From: Methanobacterium sp. UBA279
GTDB lineage: Archaea; Methanobacteriota; Methanobacteria; Methanobacteriales; Methanobacteriaceae
NCBI GenBank assembly: GCA_002502855.1
Contig: DAQK01000046.1
Span: 20,652 to 52,651 of the forward strand
Direction of reading: 5' to 3'
DNA length: 32,000 nt
Part shown: piece by piece, positions 28,360 to 32,000 of the stretch
How positions within the stretch are numbered: position 1 is the stretch's first letter
Layout of the letters: every line of letters begins with the position of its first letter
Notes under the pieces: model-generated
What the model saw: only the letters and a program-made list of their open reading frames with translations
Databases searched by the model: none
What the model was told of the DNA's origin: nothing
Made by a program: the position numbers and the translations under genes

Positions 28360-29676
28360 TTACCCCAGTAACTCCTGCATATGCTTAATTCTCTTTTCTA
28401 TAAGCTCGGAAGTCCCCACGTCCCTTCGGTGATAGACATCCCCATCAATAAACTGGGTGGACGCTTCACATATTCCTTCTGCCTCGTCTATAGTATCACC
28501 CACAGATACCAGGGCCAGGGCCCGGGAAGAGGAGGTGTAAATCTGGTTGTCTTTCTGATTCACCGCAGCATAATACACGAGGGTGTTATTTTCTTTAATT
28601 TTTTTTTCATCTACCTTTATAATCTGGTTGGGAACTGTTTTACCCGGGTATCCTTGGGGTACGATGTATTTACAGACGGTTGCATGAGAATCAAATTCAG
28701 CGCCCCTTAGATTACCGTCTACTATGCCATTGCAGATATCCACAAAGTTGGTCTGTAGAAGTGGTAAAACGTTCATGGCCTCTGGATCTCCGAATCTGGC
28801 GTTGTATTCGATTAATTTAGGCCCGTCCTTAGTCAGCATGAACTGCCCATATAGGAATCCTTTATATGGTCCTACTTCATTATTTATAGCCTTCACCGTG
28901 TTTTCCATTATTTTAACAGATTCGTCCCGGTATTTTTCATCAAGAAATGGTAGTAAACCATCTGTATCAGAGTAAGAACCCATTCCTCCTGTGATGGGGC
29001 CGAGATCTCCTTCGAATGCGTAGGGATGGTCCTGAACCACCGGCATGGGGGTTATGTTTGTACCATCCACAAAGGCCTGGACTGTGTATTCCTCACCAAC
29101 AGCTCTTTCCTCTATAACTACACCGGCGTATCCACCCATCCTGGTGTCGATGACTTCTTTTGCATAGGATTTTGCTTCTTCGTTATCCTTTAACTGTTCT
29201 CCCACAATTTTAACCCCTTTACCACCGGTCAGTCCGATGGGTTTCACCACCACATCCTGGCCGAAATCATCTATGAAATCACCAACCTCCTGGAAATCAT
29301 CGAATACCTTGTAAACCAGGGATCCGCCGATCTTATAATCCTCGAAGAGATCACGCATGAACGCTTTATCTGTTTCTATCTTAGCAGCCTCCATAGTGGG
29401 GCCCACACAGTCAACACCAGCTTCTACCAACGAATTAACGATGCCTTTCTCCAGCGGGGCTTCTGGGCCTATGATGGCCATGTCTACATTATTATCCAGG
29501 GCGAATTTGGTCACCGTGGGTATGTCATTTTCACTGGCAATCTTAAACTCCGATATCCTGGCTATTCCCGGATTTTGATTGCTCATAATAGAATACAATT
29601 CAGTTTCCTCATCCTGAATGGCTGCCTGGCATATGGCATGCTCTCGCGCTCCGGTTCCTACCACAAGAATCTTCAT
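28360..29676 (-). CDS. purD: Phosphoribosylamine--glycine ligase
   Basis: N-terminus [17 protein letters not shown]-grasp core and C-terminal PurD domain. 438 aa. SD GAGGAGGG. Confidence 0.95.
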   Translation of the reverse strand: MKILVVGTGAREHAICQAAIQDEETELYSIMSNQNPGIARISEFKIASENDIPTVTKFALDNNVDMAIIGPEAPLEKGIVNSLVEAGVDCVGPTMEAAKIETDKAFMRDLFEDYKIGGSLVYKVFDDFQEVGDFIDDFGQDVVVKPIGLTGGKGVKIVGEQLKDNEEAKSYAKEVIDTRMGGYAGVVIEERAVGEEYTVQAFVDGTNITPMPVVQDHPYAFEGDLGPITGGMGSYSDTDGLLPFLDEKYRDESVKIMENTVKAINNEVGPYKGFLYGQFMLTKDGPKLIEYNARFGDPEAMNVLPLLQTNFVDICNGIVDGNLRGAEFDSHATVCKYIVPQGYPGKTVPNQIIKVDEKKIKENNTLVYYAAVNQKDNQIYTSSSRALALVSVGDTIDEAEGICEASTQFIDGDVYHRRDVGTSELIEKRIKHMQELLG

Positions 29677-29840
29677 TAATGGTTCCCTCCTCTAAAATAA
29701 TCTAATTTTTTTCCCTTAAATCCCAACTATCATTTATAAACATCCAAAGATCATGTATACTTGTAATATTTCAGAATATATGCAATGTTTTTTACACTTT
29801 CAGGTCTGAAATATAGTCCATAAAAGAATATAACTACGAA

Positions 29841-29848
29841 AATATAAA
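29841..29848 (+). promoter_or_regulatory. TATA-like box for a near-leaderless integrase transcript
   Basis: AATATAAA is centred ~32 nt before the integrase ATG. There is no SD between them. Confidence 0.35.
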
Positions 29849-29876
29849 AACTGATCCCCTAATCCAAGACTTCTTC

Positions 29877-30995
29877 ATGAGCAGAAGCCTAACAGCCAGA
29901 ACACGAAAACAATACCTAATGATACTAACTAATTTCTGCAATTGGAAGCAGCAACTACCCACAGAGTTCATAGAAGAAGCAGAAATTGAACAAAACCAGA
30001 ATATAAAGCTAAAGAAAAGAAAAATAAAAAAAGACCTGATAAGATACATACGATACCTGAAAGATGAAAACAAAAGCCAAAACACCATCTACAACTATAT
30101 CAGCTCCATAAAAGCCATCTACTATGATAATGATATAATAATACCCCGAAACCTACCCACCACACTAAGTAAAGATGAAATACTGAACCAGGAAATCGAG
30201 AAACTCCCAGAACTAAACGATGTGAAAAAACTTGTAACAGTAGCAGACCATAGAAACAGGGCCATTATTCTATTACAACTATCCAGCGGGTTAAGTAGCA
30301 GTGATATCAGAGTTTTAAAGTATAGAGATTTCCTCCAAGCCCTGCAACTACCAGTAACCAGGAAGGTCAATGTAGAATCTGTTATTGAGGAATTATCCAA
30401 TGCTGATGATGATGAGGAACTGATAGGATGGTGGCATTTGAAAAGGTATAAAACCGCTGTTGAATTCACCACCTTTAACAGCCCTGAAAGTACCAGGGCC
30501 ATATTAGACTATTTAGATTGGAGGATGAGGGAAAACAGACCAATAACAGATAATGATGATTGGCTCTTCACCACCAATAGGAACGAACAACTGAAACTAA
30601 GCACAATTACCCTATTTTACAAAAGACTGAATGTTAAAGCCGGTTTTAAGAAAAGACAGAATAAAAGGCATCTAATAACCAGTCACCAGTTAAGGGAGAT
30701 GTTCAGCAGCAGCTTATTCAGGAAAAAAGTGGATAAGATAAGGGTGGATTCTCTCCTGGGACGTAAAATAAACTCCCAAGATACAGCATACTTCAGAAAC
30801 AGTCCAGAAGACTTATACAAGGAATATCTTAAAGCCTTACCAGATTTGACCCTGGAGAAAGTGGAAATCAAGAGGGTGACCAGTAAGGAATATGAACAAT
30901 TACTCAGGCAGAATCGGGAAATGGAGGAGAGAATAGAGAATATGGAAGTCCTGATGAGGGAAATGGCAGAACAACTAACCAGTGGAGAGAAATGA
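29877..30995 (+). CDS. Tyrosine recombinase / phage-type integrase
   Basis: N-terminal SAM-like domain (RTRKQYLMILTNF...SQNTIYNYISSIKAIY). Box I RNRAIILLQLSSGLSSSDIRVLKYRDF, beta-hairpin Lys LKRYKTAVEF and box II SHQLREMF. LLGRK...DTAYF carries the Tyr nucleophile. A C-terminal coiled-coil tail is present. There is no SD. A TATA-like AATATAAA sits ~32 nt upstream, so the transcript is likely leaderless. Confidence 0.85.
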   Translation: MSRSLTARTRKQYLMILTNFCNWKQQLPTEFIEEAEIEQNQNIKLKKRKIKKDLIRYIRYLKDENKSQNTIYNYISSIKAIYYDNDIIIPRNLPTTLSKDEILNQEIEKLPELNDVKKLVTVADHRNRAIILLQLSSGLSSSDIRVLKYRDFLQALQLPVTRKVNVESVIEELSNADDDEELIGWWHLKRYKTAVEFTTFNSPESTRAILDYLDWRMRENRPITDNDDWLFTTNRNEQLKLSTITLFYKRLNVKAGFKKRQNKRHLITSHQLREMFSSSLFRKKVDKIRVDSLLGRKINSQDTAYFRNSPEDLYKEYLKALPDLTLEKVEIKRVTSKEYEQLLRQNREMEERIENMEVLMREMAEQLTSGEK

Positions 30996-31058
30996 ACAAA
31001 AAAATAGGCGGATGGATGATATGAGATAGATTTCTAATATATAATTCAATAAGGAGCA

Positions 31059-31823
31059 TCACCCGGAAACGGGGGTTTTAACCATTTTTTTCATATCAAT
31101 CTTTTTGCTATCATGTTTGAAACAAATTTTCCCTATTTCATCACCAATTTCTTCTTTTATGTCTTGTATTTTCTTCTGATTAGATTGGACACTATAATAT
31201 CCTTCTATTTTTTGAGAATTAATTAATTGTCTCCTAGTCTCATCATTAATAACTATTACTTCACCGTCCTTGATTGTTTTTTCATCAGTTATACTTTCAG
31301 GTAATCCTTTACCAGTTAAACCAAGCATTGCTCCTTCTAACCTTGCTTCGAGGTATTCTTTCATGAATTTTTCTTCTTCAGGACTTCGTATCTCATCAGC
31401 ATTAGTATGTGTGAAACTTTCCTCTCTCGTTTTGACTGTTACTGTCATTTCAAAAGTTACTTTATTATCATCTAATTCAAATAGTTCCTTATCTTCATAG
31501 GCCCAGTTTTTAATTTTCATAACGAAAGAATTTTTTTCCTTTTCTGGGGAAAGAACTGGTATTTGTCTTTCAGTTCTCATCTCTCCTAGAGTATTATATA
31601 ATGCTGTGGAAGAATTTTTTAAACAAAATCTGATTAAATCCCTATCTTCAGTTTCTAATGAGATGGTCAAATATGATTCTAATTCTGGAATGAATTCTTT
31701 ATCAATTCTTTCATCCTTTACTATCTCCTTAAAATATTTAGAACCCACTGAATCACGTATGATAACCCCTTTAAAATGAGATGGTGCAAGTGGATTGTTA
31801 ATTTCATCTAAAATATAATACAA
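31059..31823 (-). CDS. Hypothetical protein (island cargo), no recognisable domain
   Basis: 254-aa ORF rich in E/K. The only canonical start is TTG at 31823, with no SD. The frame stays open upstream to 31931. Confidence 0.5.
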   Translation of the reverse strand: MYYILDEINNPLAPSHFKGVIIRDSVGSKYFKEIVKDERIDKEFIPELESYLTISLETEDRDLIRFCLKNSSTALYNTLGEMRTERQIPVLSPEKEKNSFVMKIKNWAYEDKELFELDDNKVTFEMTVTVKTREESFTHTNADEIRSPEEEKFMKEYLEARLEGAMLGLTGKGLPESITDEKTIKDGEVIVINDETRRQLINSQKIEGYYSVQSNQKKIQDIKEEIGDEIGKICFKHDSKKIDMKKMVKTPVSG

Positions 31824-31912
31824 AGTATCATAATCTTGAACTAAGGAATATACTGGAGTGTATTCATGCTCATATTTTGTTACTTGTTTCTTTTTACTAA
31901 TGTCTTCTTCAA

Positions 31913-32000
31913 CTATTTTTTCCCATCTCCTTTACTATATAACCTTGAGCTATCCGGTGCTAGGCCATTGAAACATCCGGGGTTCAGTGGCAGTATATCC
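31913..32000 (-). CDS. 3' end of an unknown ORF entering from beyond the window
   Basis: The minus-strand frame is open from 31999 to TAG at 31915-31913 and reads DILPLNPGCFNGLAPDSSRLYSKGDGKK*. It ends inside an A6 tract. Confidence 0.3.
   Translation of the reverse strand, partial: DILPLNPGCFNGLAPDSSRLYSKGDGKK

Larger units (their letters stand above)
29700..32000. mobile_element. Left end of a putative integrated element / genomic island (integrase plus unknown cargo), continuing beyond the window
   Basis: The integrase sits immediately next to the conserved purD. Beyond ~29.7 kb the sequence is visibly more A/T- and purine-rich. The cargo ORFs have no recognisable homology. The other boundary is not in the window. 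Confidence 0.45.

Noticed and set aside
31930-32000. Possible tRNA gene as the integrase target (GGTTCAGTGG, GATAGCTCAAGG strings)
   Set aside because: No acceptor stem, T-loop (GTTCRAATC) or full D-arm can be folded on either strand. The bases are better explained as the 3' end of a minus-strand ORF.

Overview
The window looks like a chromosomal segment of a pseudomurein-walled hydrogenotrophic methanogen (Methanobacteriaceae, Methanobacterium-like). The supporting genes are mtd, a fae-hps fusion, Alba, an NflD/CfbD-like nitrogenase homologue, a CbiA/CfbB amidase and pseudomurein-binding repeats. GGTGAT/GGAGG Shine-Dalgarno (SD) sites precede most genes. Bases 1-29.7 kb are mostly housekeeping: thrS, argS, ilvD, argF, purD, hisB, leuA/cimA, trpB2 and a signal peptidase. 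No rRNA, tRNA or CRISPR array was found.

Four parts deserve a second look:

1. 19.7-21.1 kb: a Soj-type ParA is translationally coupled to a 141-aa partner. The partner keeps only the ParB N-terminal 'LGKGLDALI' ParA-activating peptide and lacks the ParB core, making it a SegAB-like hybrid partition cassette. The cassette is bracketed on both sides by the same ATAAGTTATAAGTT tandem heptad repeat. A third cluster of this repeat family lies at 13.8-13.9 kb.

2. 9.5-11.8 kb: an AT-rich two-gene envelope module. It encodes a sequon-dense membrane-anchored CxxCxGxG zinc-finger protein and a secreted protein that joins pseudomurein-binding repeats to an HxxE...H...E domain (a possible Zn peptidase).

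3. From about 29.7 kb to the window end: the start of a probable integrated element, with a tyrosine integrase that looks leaderless and unknown cargo. The cargo contains an A6-tract frame junction.

4. Several intergenic arrays of short direct repeats with about 20-bp spacing, and nested hairpins.

All functional calls come from reading motifs by eye. No database search was run.
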